Part shown: piece after piece, positions 55,744 to 64,000 of the stretch | How positions within the stretch are numbered: the first letter of the stretch is position 1 | How the letters are laid out: each line of letters opens with the position of its first letter | Assembly: GCA_964514975.1 (NCBI GenBank) | Contig: CAZESS010000002.1 | Span: 1 to 64,000 of the forward strand | Length of the DNA: 64,000 bases | Reading direction: 5' to 3' | Source of the DNA: an uncultured Thermoplasmatales archaeon | Lineage (GTDB): Archaea; Thermoplasmatota; E2; UBA202; DSCA01 | Made by a program: the position numbers and the translations under genes | The notes under the pieces: model-generated | Told to the model about the DNA's origin: nothing | The model's database searches: none | The model's input: the letters and a program-made list of their open reading frames with translations, nothing else

Positions 55744-56418
55744 ATGAAGGAACAAAAGCGCATCGCATCCCATGCAGCCGTCCGCTACATCGAAAACGGC
55801 ATGCGCGTCGGCCTGGGCACCGGGTCAACCGTCCGTTATGCAATCGAACGGCTCGGCGAACACATGGAGCAGGGACTCGACATCGTCGGCGTTGCCACCT
55901 CAAAGGAGACGGAACAACGAGCCCGGCAGGCCGGTATACCGCTCCAGGAGCTCGACGAACGATCCATTGACGTAACCATCGACGGTGCCGACCAGGTCGA
56001 CCCATCATTGCAGCTCATCAAGGGCGGCGGCGGGGCCCTGCTCCGGGAAAAAATGGTCGCCGACCGCACGCAGCGGGAAATCATCGTCGTCGACGAGTCC
56101 AAGCTCGTGGAATCGTTCACGTTTCCTCTGCCCATAGAAGTCGTGCGATATGGATGGAAAAGCATTGCCGCCCGCCTCCGGGAGCAGGGGCTCGAGCCAG
56201 AGATGCGCCGGGACTACGAGACGGACAACGGCAACCCGGTCCTGGACTGCTCCTATGATGAGCTCGGCGACCTGCATCGCCTGGCTGCCACGCTGAGCGG
56301 CATCCCCGGCGTCGTGGAGCACGGCCTGTTCCTTGACCTCGCCAGCATGGTCATCGTGGGCACCCCGGATGGAGCGAAAACTATTAGAAGGAAGCAGGGT
56401 ATGGCACACACACCATGA
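55744..56418 (+). CDS. rpiA: Ribose-5-phosphate isomerase A
   Basis: GLGTGST, IDGADQ, IKGGGGALLREK, PGVVEHGLF. Confidence 0.97.
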   Translation: MKEQKRIASHAAVRYIENGMRVGLGTGSTVRYAIERLGEHMEQGLDIVGVATSKETEQRARQAGIPLQELDERSIDVTIDGADQVDPSLQLIKGGGGALLREKMVADRTQREIIVVDESKLVESFTFPLPIEVVRYGWKSIAARLREQGLEPEMRRDYETDNGNPVLDCSYDELGDLHRLAATLSGIPGVVEHGLFLDLASMVIVGTPDGAKTIRRKQGMAHTP

Positions 56419-57710
56419 CCATCATGCAGGAGGCGCAGCGCGGCGTTGTCACCGACGAGATCGAAGCGGTTGCCAGGGCGGAGCAACTCGATCCAGATAT
56501 GGTGCGGCGGCGGGTCGCATCCGGCAGGGTCGTCATTCCCTGCAACCCCTCCCATGCGCCGCGGGCGCTCGGCATCGGCACGGGGCTGCGCGTCAAGGTC
56601 AACGCAAACATCGGCACCAGCCGCGAGCACTGCAAGCCCGACGAGGAGCTGGACAAGGCACGGGCGGCGCTCGACACCAAGGCCGACGCGATCATGGACC
56701 TGTCCACCGGGGGCGACCTTGATGCATTGCGCCGGCGGCTGCTCGACCTCGTCGACGTTCCGTTTGGCACGGTGCCCGTCTACCAGGCTGCCCTCGATGC
56801 AATCGACCGCCGGGGCGCCATCGTCGACATGACCTCTGATGACATCTTCAACGCGTTTCGCCGCCATGCCGAGCAGGGCGTGGATTTCACGGTGGCGCAT
56901 GTCGGCGTCACCAGGCAGAGCGTGGAACGGCTGAGGCGGCAGCGGCGCCTCATCCCCATGGTGAGCCGTGGCGGCGCGTTCCACATGGCATGGACTTTGC
57001 ACAACGACAGGGAGAACCCGCTGTACGAGGAGTTCGACTATCTGCTTGAGATTGCCGGCGAGCACGACCTGACGTTGAGCCTGGGTGACGGCATGCGCTC
57101 CGGCGCCCTCTACGATTCCAACGACCGGGCGAAGTTCCAGGAGCTGCTCATCATCGGCGAGCTCGTCGAGCGCGCCCGCGAGGTCGGCGTCCAGAGCATG
57201 GTCGAGGGGCCCGGCCACATGCCGCTTTCGGACATCGAGCCCAACATCCGGGTGATGAAAAACGTGACGGGCGGGGCGCCCTATTTCGTGCTCGGCCCGC
57301 TGGTGACCGACATCGCGCCGGGCTACGACCATTTCGTCGGGGGCATCGGCGGCGCCATCGCGGGCTACCACGGCGCCGACTTTTTGTGCTATGTTACGCC
57401 TGCCGAGCATCTGTCGCTACCCGACGCGGATGACGTCCGGCAGGGTGTCATCGCCTCGCGCATCGCCGCGCATGCCGCCAACCTCGCCCGGGGAATTGAC
57501 CGGGATGTTGACCAGCAGTTTTCACGGGCGCGGAACGAGCTCGACTGGGACAAGATGTTCGAGCTGTGTATCGACCCCGAGCGGGCGAAGCAGTACCGGC
57601 GGCGGCGTGAGCCCACGGAGGACCCGCGCTCCTGTTCTATGTGCGGGCGGCTGTGCGCCATCGAGATGGTCGAGCAGTACCTCAAGGACGAGGGGAAAAA
57701 ACATAAATAG
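56415..57710 (+). CDS. thiC: Phosphomethylpyrimidine synthase ThiC (BzaA/B/F homologue not excluded)
   Basis: KVNANIGTS, MDLSTGG, VSRGG, EGPGH, LCYVTPAEHL, CSMCG..C. Confidence 0.92.
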   Translation: MTIMQEAQRGVVTDEIEAVARAEQLDPDMVRRRVASGRVVIPCNPSHAPRALGIGTGLRVKVNANIGTSREHCKPDEELDKARAALDTKADAIMDLSTGGDLDALRRRLLDLVDVPFGTVPVYQAALDAIDRRGAIVDMTSDDIFNAFRRHAEQGVDFTVAHVGVTRQSVERLRRQRRLIPMVSRGGAFHMAWTLHNDRENPLYEEFDYLLEIAGEHDLTLSLGDGMRSGALYDSNDRAKFQELLIIGELVERAREVGVQSMVEGPGHMPLSDIEPNIRVMKNVTGGAPYFVLGPLVTDIAPGYDHFVGGIGGAIAGYHGADFLCYVTPAEHLSLPDADDVRQGVIASRIAAHAANLARGIDRDVDQQFSRARNELDWDKMFELCIDPERAKQYRRRREPTEDPRSCSMCGRLCAIEMVEQYLKDEGKKHK

Positions 57711-57736
57711 CGGGCTACCATACCCACAGTGAAAAT

Positions 57737-57907
57737 ATGGTTACTGTCGAAGAGGAACTCTGTCGGATAGAGATCGTGAAGGAGGGGAGCGAGTTCATCG
57801 CCAGGGCGCACACCCAGGCCGGCACCCGTGAGTACCGCAACACCATTTTTGAGGACATGCTCCGCGAGCTGGTCATCGACCTTCAGGAAGAGTTCGGAGA
57901 ATTCTGA
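57737..57907 (+). CDS. Small hypothetical protein (56 aa)
   Basis: MVTVEEELCRIEI...LVIDLQEEFGEF; fills the gap exactly, stop 3 bp before the next ATG. Confidence 0.65.
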   Translation: MVTVEEELCRIEIVKEGSEFIARAHTQAGTREYRNTIFEDMLRELVIDLQEEFGEF

Positions 57908-57910
57908 GAC

Positions 57911-58204
57911 ATGATAAAGGACCGGGTGGGCCGGCAGCGCTATATTTTGTTTTCCGTTCAGGGTGATGCGTCACGCCGTGATGTCATCCGGGCTATCAAC
58001 GACGCTCATCACTCCATCGATGCCAGGGGGGAGGCACCGTGGCTGACCGTGTACACCGGCAGCTATGGCATCGTCCGCTGCAGCCATACCCGAAAAATGG
58101 AGACCATCCGGCTGCTCAACGACATCTCCAATGATTTTTCGCTGTCGACGGTGCAGACGTCGGGGACCATCAAAACGCTCAAAAAGCAGATAGCAGCTCA
58201 GTAG
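57911..58204 (+). CDS. RNase P protein Pop5/Rpp14
   Basis: RQRYILF, GIVRC.H, TSGTIK. Confidence 0.85.
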   Translation: MIKDRVGRQRYILFSVQGDASRRDVIRAINDAHHSIDARGEAPWLTVYTGSYGIVRCSHTRKMETIRLLNDISNDFSLSTVQTSGTIKTLKKQIAAQ

Positions 58205-59592
58205 CTTTTCGCGAGGCGGAGCCAGTGTGCTGCCTTTGCGTCGCAGATGGCGCAGGCCCCCCCGCATGACTGTTCGGGTATCGGCGTGCCCAGCGATTTC
58301 ATGCCCGTCTGTTCCTCCATCTCCAGGCCGCACTGTTCGCTGCCGCACCATGGCACCTCGATGATGCCGTCGCGCTGCTCGAGATGGTCGAGCCTTGCCA
58401 TGTTGCCGTCCATGAATGATTGTGCTTGCGAGGCGATGCGCTCGTCGTATGCTTCAAGCTTCTCCGGTATCGCGTCGATGCTGTCGCGTTCCACCTGTGC
58501 TTTTTCGCCGTCCCTCGCTGCCAGGGTGACCACGTTGTTTTTGATGTCGCGGGGGCCGATCTCTATGCGGAGCGGAACGCCCTTGAGCTCCCAGGTGTAG
58601 AACTTGCTGCCCGGCGTCTCATCCCGCGTGTCGAGGTGGACCCTGATGCTGAGCGCTTCGAGCTCCTGCTGGACGGTGCGGCATTCCTCGAGCACCTGTT
58701 CCTCCTCTCCCTTGAAAATGATGGGGACGATGACGGCCTGGATGGGCGCGATGCTGGATGGCAGGGCGATGCCGTTGTCGTCGCCGTGCATGCCCACGAT
58801 GGCGCCGAGCACCCGTTCGGACATGCCGTAGGTGGTCTGATGGCAGTGCCGGTGCTCGCCCTGCTCGTCCTCGTAGGTGATGTCGAAGGGACGGGAAAAG
58901 TTTTCCCGGTATTGATGGATGGAGGCAACCTGGAGCACCCGCCTGGAGGGCATCAAAACGTCGACGCCGATCGAGTAATGGGCGCCGGCGAACTTGTCCC
59001 AGTCGGGACGCCGGCTCATCAGATAGGGCAGGCAGAGCGCGTCCAGAAACCGCTCGGCGATGGCGAGGTCCTCCTGCACCTGCGCCTCTGCTGCCTCGTA
59101 GCTGCGGTGGCATGTATGTGCTTCAAAAAAATGGATCTCGCGGACGCGGATGAAGGCCTTGGTCATCTTGGTTTCGTAGCGGAACGTGTTGACGATCTGG
59201 TATGTTTTCAGGGGCAGGTCGGCGTGGCTTCGTATCCACAGGGCGAAGATGGTGTACAGCGCCGTCTCCGACGTTGGGCGGAGCAGCAGCCGTTCGTCGA
59301 GCTCGTTGTCCCCGGCATGGGTGACCCAGAAGACCTCGGAGCCAAAGCCCGCAATGTGGTCGGCCTCTTTCTGGAAAAGCGTTTCGGGGACGAGCAATGG
59401 AAAGTTGACCTCCTGGTGACCGGTGGCACGCATCTCCCGCCGGATGTGTTCGTCGATGTTGCGCATGGCCTCCCAGCCGTAGGGACGCCAGATGTTCATG
59501 CCCTTGACCGGGTAGCGCTTGTCGCAGAGCTCGGCCGCCTCGACGACCTCGTTGTACCATTCGTCGAAATCATCGCTTTTTGTGATGTCCAT
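58198..59592 (-). CDS. proS: Proline--tRNA ligase (archaeal/eukaryotic type)
   Basis: WY.EV, RPTSET, FRYE....IRVRE, GMSER, PLRIEIGPRD, Zn Cys, C-terminal Y. Confidence 0.97.
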   Translation of the reverse strand: MDITKSDDFDEWYNEVVEAAELCDKRYPVKGMNIWRPYGWEAMRNIDEHIRREMRATGHQEVNFPLLVPETLFQKEADHIAGFGSEVFWVTHAGDNELDERLLLRPTSETALYTIFALWIRSHADLPLKTYQIVNTFRYETKMTKAFIRVREIHFFEAHTCHRSYEAAEAQVQEDLAIAERFLDALCLPYLMSRRPDWDKFAGAHYSIGVDVLMPSRRVLQVASIHQYRENFSRPFDITYEDEQGEHRHCHQTTYGMSERVLGAIVGMHGDDNGIALPSSIAPIQAVIVPIIFKGEEEQVLEECRTVQQELEALSIRVHLDTRDETPGSKFYTWELKGVPLRIEIGPRDIKNNVVTLAARDGEKAQVERDSIDAIPEKLEAYDERIASQAQSFMDGNMARLDHLEQRDGIIEVPWCGSEQCGLEMEEQTGMKSLGTPIPEQSCGGACAICDAKAAHWLRLAKSY

Positions 59593-59652
59593 CGGTGTGA
59601 AATGTCGTTCGTTTATTAAAGCTGACGGTTCTGTGCCAGCCGGGCGGAAAGA

Positions 59653-59880
59653 TTACTGGGGAAGCAGGTTGTGGTAGAGGCACTGGAGGGACGGCGCGGA
59701 TGGCGGGGTGCCATCGTCGATGGACAGGCGGTAGATATGGGTGTCGCTGGTGCACCAGGCGTCGCCGGTCAGCTCTTTCAGGAAATCCGCATGCTCCGGT
59801 GTGACCTCGAGCTCGATTTTTTTCCTGGCGCCCTGGGCGTTGATGGGGATTTTTTCGATGGTGACGTTAACGGCTGGCAT
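59653..59880 (-). CDS. Small hypothetical protein
   Basis: 75-aa ORF overlapping the upstream ORF stop; host-like codon usage. Confidence 0.5.
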   Translation of the reverse strand: MPAVNVTIEKIPINAQGARKKIELEVTPEHADFLKELTGDAWCTSDTHIYRLSIDDGTPPSAPSLQCLYHNLLPQ

Positions 59881-60073
59881 GTGGCGCACCGCCGTTTCCG
59901 TCGTATCCGTTCCCGTTCCATTCGGGGTAGAGCAGGCGCTCGAGCACGTTGTAGAGCTCGGTTTTCCGCCGCTGGGAGCGGGCTTCCCGCATGTAGCCGG
60001 CGACGAGCTGGGCCAGCTCTATCTGTGCTTCCGCATCCTTTCCGACCGTTTTTATGAGATTATGGCATTCCAT
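59867..60073 (-). CDS. Small hypothetical protein
   Basis: 68-aa ORF with strong GGAGGTGA RBS, divergent from the Lrp regulator. Confidence 0.65.
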   Translation of the reverse strand: MECHNLIKTVGKDAEAQIELAQLVAGYMREARSQRRKTELYNVLERLLYPEWNGNGYDGNGGAPHASR

Positions 60074-60189
60074 GCTGGTTCACCTCCACACTGGCTCCCG
60101 CCAGTGTCTCAGCAAAATGCTAACTTCAGTAACATATAAATAGCTATGCCACATATATTTGTAACAAAATAGAGTTATATGGTGATAAA

Positions 60190-60714
60190 ATGAAGAAAAG
60201 TAACACGACGCTGTTCAAGGTAAGCGAGACTTTGGACCAGCTGCTCATCGACGCGCGGCAAAGCCTGCAAAAAATCGCCGAGAAATGCGACACCTACCGG
60301 CAGAAAATCTGGCGCGAACAGAACAAGCTCGAGGAATCCAACACCATCTGGGGGTACACCGCCGTCGTCAACGAGGAAAAACTGGGCTGGCGGCTGTTCA
60401 TGGTGTTCATGAAAACCCGTCCCATGACGGAGGATTTCGCCCGGCAGCAGATACGCCGGGTGCGGGAGGACGTCCCCGGCCAGATGCAGGTCCGGCTCAT
60501 CGACGTCTACCACCTGACCGGCACCTATGACTGGATCGTCGTCTTCGCGGCCAAAAACTGGGCGACCGCCCGAAAATACTACGACAACCTCCGCAAGGAA
60601 TACTGGGGGCTCACCCTGGAAAAACCCGAGCTGAGCAGCGTGGCCTTCACCTCCATCCGATGGGGCAAGGTCAACCCGGAGATAGAGCGCCTCGAAGAGT
60701 TCGTCTCCCCCTGA
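60190..60714 (+). CDS. Lrp/AsnC family transcriptional regulator
   Basis: DARQS...IA, I.GYTAVV...KLG, TGTYDW. Confidence 0.85.
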   Translation: MKKSNTTLFKVSETLDQLLIDARQSLQKIAEKCDTYRQKIWREQNKLEESNTIWGYTAVVNEEKLGWRLFMVFMKTRPMTEDFARQQIRRVREDVPGQMQVRLIDVYHLTGTYDWIVVFAAKNWATARKYYDNLRKEYWGLTLEKPELSSVAFTSIRWGKVNPEIERLEEFVSP

Positions 60715-60752
60715 CGTCACAAAGCTTTAAAGCCCGCTCTGCCTTTACCAGC

Positions 60753-61388
60753 ATGACACTGGTGGCACCCTCCATCCTGTCAGCAGATTTCTCCCGGCTG
60801 GGTGACGAAATACGCGAGGTCGGAGTAGCAGGCGCCGACTGGATACACCTCGACGTCATGGACGGCCATTTCGTCCCCAACATCACCATCGGCTCCACCG
60901 TCGTCGCGGACCTACGCGACCACACCACGCTGCCCTTCGACGTCCATCTCATGATCGCCGAGCCGGAGCGCTACATCACGGCCTTCGCCGATGCAGGCGC
61001 CGACATCATCACCGTCCACGCGGAGGCAGCCGCCCATCTCCACCGGCTCGTCGGGCAGATACAGGATGCAGGCTGCCACGCCGGCGTCTCCCTCAACCCC
61101 GGCTCGCCGCTCTGCATGATTGAGCACGTCCTCGGAGACATCGACCTCCTGCTCATCATGACGGTCAACCCCGGCTACGGCGGACAGCGCTTCATCGAGT
61201 CCATGCTCCCCAAAATATCCACGGCCAGCGAGCTCGTCGACAGCGAGGGCGTCCATCTCCAGGTGGACGGCGGCATCAACGAGGACAACGCCAGACAGGT
61301 CAGACAGCAAGGGGCCGACGTCATCGTCGCCGGCTCAGCGGTGTTTGGCAGCCCCGACTACGCGGCGGCCATCAAAAAGTTGAAATAA
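60753..61388 (+). CDS. rpe: Ribulose-phosphate 3-epimerase
   Basis: [40 protein letters not shown]. Confidence 0.97.
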   Translation: MTLVAPSILSADFSRLGDEIREVGVAGADWIHLDVMDGHFVPNITIGSTVVADLRDHTTLPFDVHLMIAEPERYITAFADAGADIITVHAEAAAHLHRLVGQIQDAGCHAGVSLNPGSPLCMIEHVLGDIDLLLIMTVNPGYGGQRFIESMLPKISTASELVDSEGVHLQVDGGINEDNARQVRQQGADVIVAGSAVFGSPDYAAAIKKLK

Positions 61389-61408
61389 ACGCCCCCCGAT
61401 TGAATAAC

Positions 61409-62845
61409 ATGGGGCACAGAGCCAACACAGCTATTTTCATCCTCTGCATCTGCACCGCAGCAACAACGCTGCCGGCATGCGAGGGAGCATGGGGCGTCTA
61501 CCGCCAGCCGGGCTACGACGAGGGGCGAAGCATCGCGACCGCCAGCGACAGCGCCTACGTGGCCGGGCTCTCCATCTCTGAAGGCTCCTTCAACGGCTAC
61601 CGGCTGCTGAAATACAACGCAACCGGCAACGTTGTATGGGAGCAGCGGTTCCCGGTGCCCGGTCGACGGATGACAAGGGAGAGCTATCGACATGTCGCGG
61701 TGGCCGCCACCCCTACATCAGCCACCATCGCGTTCACCAACGGCACGTTCGCGGTACGGGCCATCCATGCAAACGGCACCCGTCTCTGGGAAAACAGATG
61801 GCGCCGGCAGTGCAGCGTCACCGACATCGCCATGGATGGCAACCACACCATCGTCGCCGGATGCGCCGACGATGGACAGGAGGGGCGCTTCCACGTCGTC
61901 GCCTTCGACGCACACGGCGGGGTAGCCTGGAACGCGAGCGGGCCGGGCTGCATCTACGGCATTGACATCGCCGACGATGCAATACTCCTCGCGGGAGAAC
62001 GGGACGACACCGGCATCCTCTTTGAGATGAACCGGACCGGCAGGATAACCGCATGCAGGCAGCTCGACGGGACGGCGATACGGGATGTAGCGGCCGTGAA
62101 CGACGGCATCGCGCTTCTACACAGCCTGGATGGACAGGTCGCCGTCATCATGGTGCCATCGGTGGCCGAAGGCAACGTGACACGGCATAACTATACCGGG
62201 ACGGCCGGGGCACATGCGCTGCAGCGGGCGCATGGCCGCTTGTTTGTTGCGGGCAACGTGTACAACCAGAGCTCACGATACCGGGATTATCTGGTCGCCG
62301 AATGCCTCTCAAACGGGACGTTCAACGACGTCGTCCGATACAACGCCAACGGCAGCGGCGACGACGTCGCATGGGCCGTCGCCGGGTTCCCCGCCGTCGA
62401 TGGTGTCATCGCCACGGGAGCCGTCTACACCCAGCATGTCATCCCCCCGCAGGTGTATATCGACAGGGAGATATACACCACGACATACCTGCCGAACAAT
62501 CTCCCGCCGACCGCGAACTTCACCTGGACGCCGGACGAAGCGAAGGCGAACGACAGGGTCACGTTCACCGAAACCGCGGTGGACCCGGACGGCAGCCCTG
62601 TGAGCTACACATGGGATTTCGGCGACGGCGACACGGCCATGCAGCGCAATCCATCACATGTGTACACGGACAAGGGCGTGTACACGGTGACCCTAACCGT
62701 CCGGGACGACGACGGCGCCGTCGGTACCGCAACGCGGGACATCGTGGTAGCCGAGGAGGAACAGACACCCGGGTTTTCCATCATCGCTGCAGGCATGGCC
62801 GTGGCGTTCGCCGTCATGCTGCGAAGGCGATTAACTTTTAAATAG
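61409..62845 (+). CDS. Surface protein with beta-propeller-like region, PKD domain and PGF-CTERM
   Basis: Signal peptide, [11 protein letters not shown] motif, C-terminal TPGF + TM helix + RRR. Confidence 0.85.
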   Translation: MGHRANTAIFILCICTAATTLPACEGAWGVYRQPGYDEGRSIATASDSAYVAGLSISEGSFNGYRLLKYNATGNVVWEQRFPVPGRRMTRESYRHVAVAATPTSATIAFTNGTFAVRAIHANGTRLWENRWRRQCSVTDIAMDGNHTIVAGCADDGQEGRFHVVAFDAHGGVAWNASGPGCIYGIDIADDAILLAGERDDTGILFEMNRTGRITACRQLDGTAIRDVAAVNDGIALLHSLDGQVAVIMVPSVAEGNVTRHNYTGTAGAHALQRAHGRLFVAGNVYNQSSRYRDYLVAECLSNGTFNDVVRYNANGSGDDVAWAVAGFPAVDGVIATGAVYTQHVIPPQVYIDREIYTTTYLPNNLPPTANFTWTPDEAKANDRVTFTETAVDPDGSPVSYTWDFGDGDTAMQRNPSHVYTDKGVYTVTLTVRDDDGAVGTATRDIVVAEEEQTPGFSIIAAGMAVAFAVMLRRRLTFK

Positions 62846-62869
62846 GCCGGCCATATGGATACACTCATT

Positions 62870-62954
62870 GCAGGGGTAGCCAAGCATGGCCAACGGCGCA
62901 AGGTTGAGGGCCTTGTCCTGTAGAGGTCCGCGAGTTCAAATCTCGTCCCCTGCA
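62870..62954 (+). tRNA. tRNA-Leu (GAG)
   Basis: Acceptor GCAGGGG/CCCCTGC, anticodon arm CAAGG-TTGAGGG-CCTTG, long variable arm, GTTCAAATC. Confidence 0.95.
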
Positions 62955-63012
62955 CTCCATTTTTCCAGCGAAATGTTCATCTCCTCCATCGTGATATCCC
63001 GGCGGTGAAACC

Positions 63013-63546
63013 ATGTCAGTGTTCAAAAACATGAAAAAGCGGTTCAACGTTGAACTGACGAAGATAAAACAGGTGGCCATGGTCGGCAGCGTTGTGCTGC
63101 TCACAGTGAACATCGCGCTGACCGCCTACCCCTACCTCGCCTGGCGGGGCATCCATCCCTACGTGGGCGTGGCGCTGGTTTTCCTGCTCATCCTGGGCCT
63201 GATATGGCTGCTTGCCCATCTCTACATGAACGTGCTCGAGATGTACAAGGAACAGAAGCTGGCGGAAAACGTGCTCTACAATCCCTACGTGGTCCACCAG
63301 TTCAACCCCTTCCAGGAGGTCACCTGGAGGCAGTACAACATGGCGGTGCTCGAGGCATTGCGCAGCATCACCCCGGATGCATCGGCGCAGCGCAGGCTGG
63401 ATGACGCCATCGGTGCCGTGGAGCGCTGGCTGTCGCTCGGCTACATCCCCCGCCGGGATGTTCAATGCGCCCTTGATATGGTTCATGTAGTATTCTTCCC
63501 GTGTTTTGACGTCTATAATCATATCCATGTCAACACCGAGATATGA
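63013..63546 (+). CDS. Hypothetical two-TM membrane protein; 3' end replaced by an antisense rhodanese remnant
   Basis: GGTGA RBS, two TM helices; sequence after 63453 is the reverse complement of a rhodanese 5' end. Confidence 0.65.
   Translation: MSVFKNMKKRFNVELTKIKQVAMVGSVVLLTVNIALTAYPYLAWRGIHPYVGVALVFLLILGLIWLLAHLYMNVLEMYKEQKLAENVLYNPYVVHQFNPFQEVTWRQYNMAVLEALRSITPDASAQRRLDDAIGAVERWLSLGYIPRRDVQCALDMVHVVFFPCFDVYNHIHVNTEI
63454..63528 (-). pseudogene. 25-codon 5' remnant of a rhodanese gene paralogous to 17095-17682
   Basis: MDMIIDVKTREEYYMNHIKGALNIP vs MSLIIDVKTREEYYMNHIKGALNIP (23/25 aa identical). Confidence 0.85.
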
Positions 63547-63640
63547 ACCGTAGTGGATACCTATAATTTGTCAATATCAAATCGACAGAGCACGGGGCGG
63601 CAGCGGGTAAGGTTTAATATCGCGTTCTCCATGTCTTTCC

Positions 63641-64000
63641 ATGGGCGAACTGGTCTTCGTCGGCGTCGGACTGCAGAGCGACCGTGACCTCACCCTGGCG
63701 GGGCTCAAGGCAGCCCGAAACGGTGACCATATCTTTGCAGAGTTTTACACCAGCCGTCCCGGCGTGTCCATCGAGATGCTCGAAAAAACCATCGGGAAGC
63801 ATATAGAGGTGGTCGACCGGAAGGACGTCGAGCAGGAGGACATCATCCTGACGGCGGCCGCACAGGACCGGGTCTGCCTGCTCACGGGCGGCGATCCGAT
63901 GACCGCGACGACCCATATCGACCTTCGGTTGCGCGCCGCCGAGCAGGGCATCCCGACACGCATCGTCCACGGCGTCAGCATCGTCACCGCGGCTGCCGGA
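63641..64000 (+). CDS. dph5: Diphthine synthase, 5' part (runs off the window)
   Basis: LVFVGVGL, FAEFYTS, R.DVE, GGDPMTATTH.DL, HGVSI. Confidence 0.93.
   Translation, partial: MGELVFVGVGLQSDRDLTLAGLKAARNGDHIFAEFYTSRPGVSIEMLEKTIGKHIEVVDRKDVEQEDIILTAAAQDRVCLLTGGDPMTATTHIDLRLRAAEQGIPTRIVHGVSIVTAAAG

Noticed and set aside
63016-63528. Full-length 170-aa rhodanese on the minus strand
   Set aside because: Similarity stops after 25 codons; the rest is antisense to the membrane-protein gene
62870-63600. Integrated element at tRNA-Leu
   Set aside because: No duplicated tRNA 3' end and no integrase seen before dph5
1-64000. CRISPR array or cas genes
   Set aside because: No run of equal-length repeats with unique spacers and no Cas motifs seen; the 21-bp periodic motif at 22512-22574 is too short and lies inside a coding frame

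Overview
GC-rich archaeal chromosome segment, probably Thermoplasmatota (inferred from MCM, NMD3, prefoldin beta, archaeal ProRS, Dph5, Pop5, RNase P RNA and PKD/PGF-CTERM surface proteins). Most of it is housekeeping DNA. Accessory DNA comprises five parts. (1) An IS4/IS5-superfamily transposase. (2) A 6.37-kb AT-richer element integrated in tRNA-Arg(CCG) between perfect 43-bp att repeats. Its SSV1/pTN3-type tyrosine integrase is split by integration and has an RHH-like N-terminal piece; the element also carries an FeS-helicase-like gene and three defence-like cargo genes. (3) An amidohydrolase/PLP-decarboxylase insert bounded by a remnant copy of the neighbouring gene's 3' end. (4) A defence islet: orphan BglII-like nuclease, HTH, frameshifted TIM-barrel gene, and an AbiE toxin-antitoxin pair between 57-bp direct repeats. 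(5) A SWIM/pRiA4b-ORF3 pair. The best candidate for an undescribed system is a sulfur module at 15.9-17.7 kb: two YeeE/YedE transporter genes divergent from a rhodanese fused to a domain that appears to retain the Cys and His-His-Glu pattern of sulfur oxygenase reductase. All family calls come from motif recognition by eye; no database searches were run.
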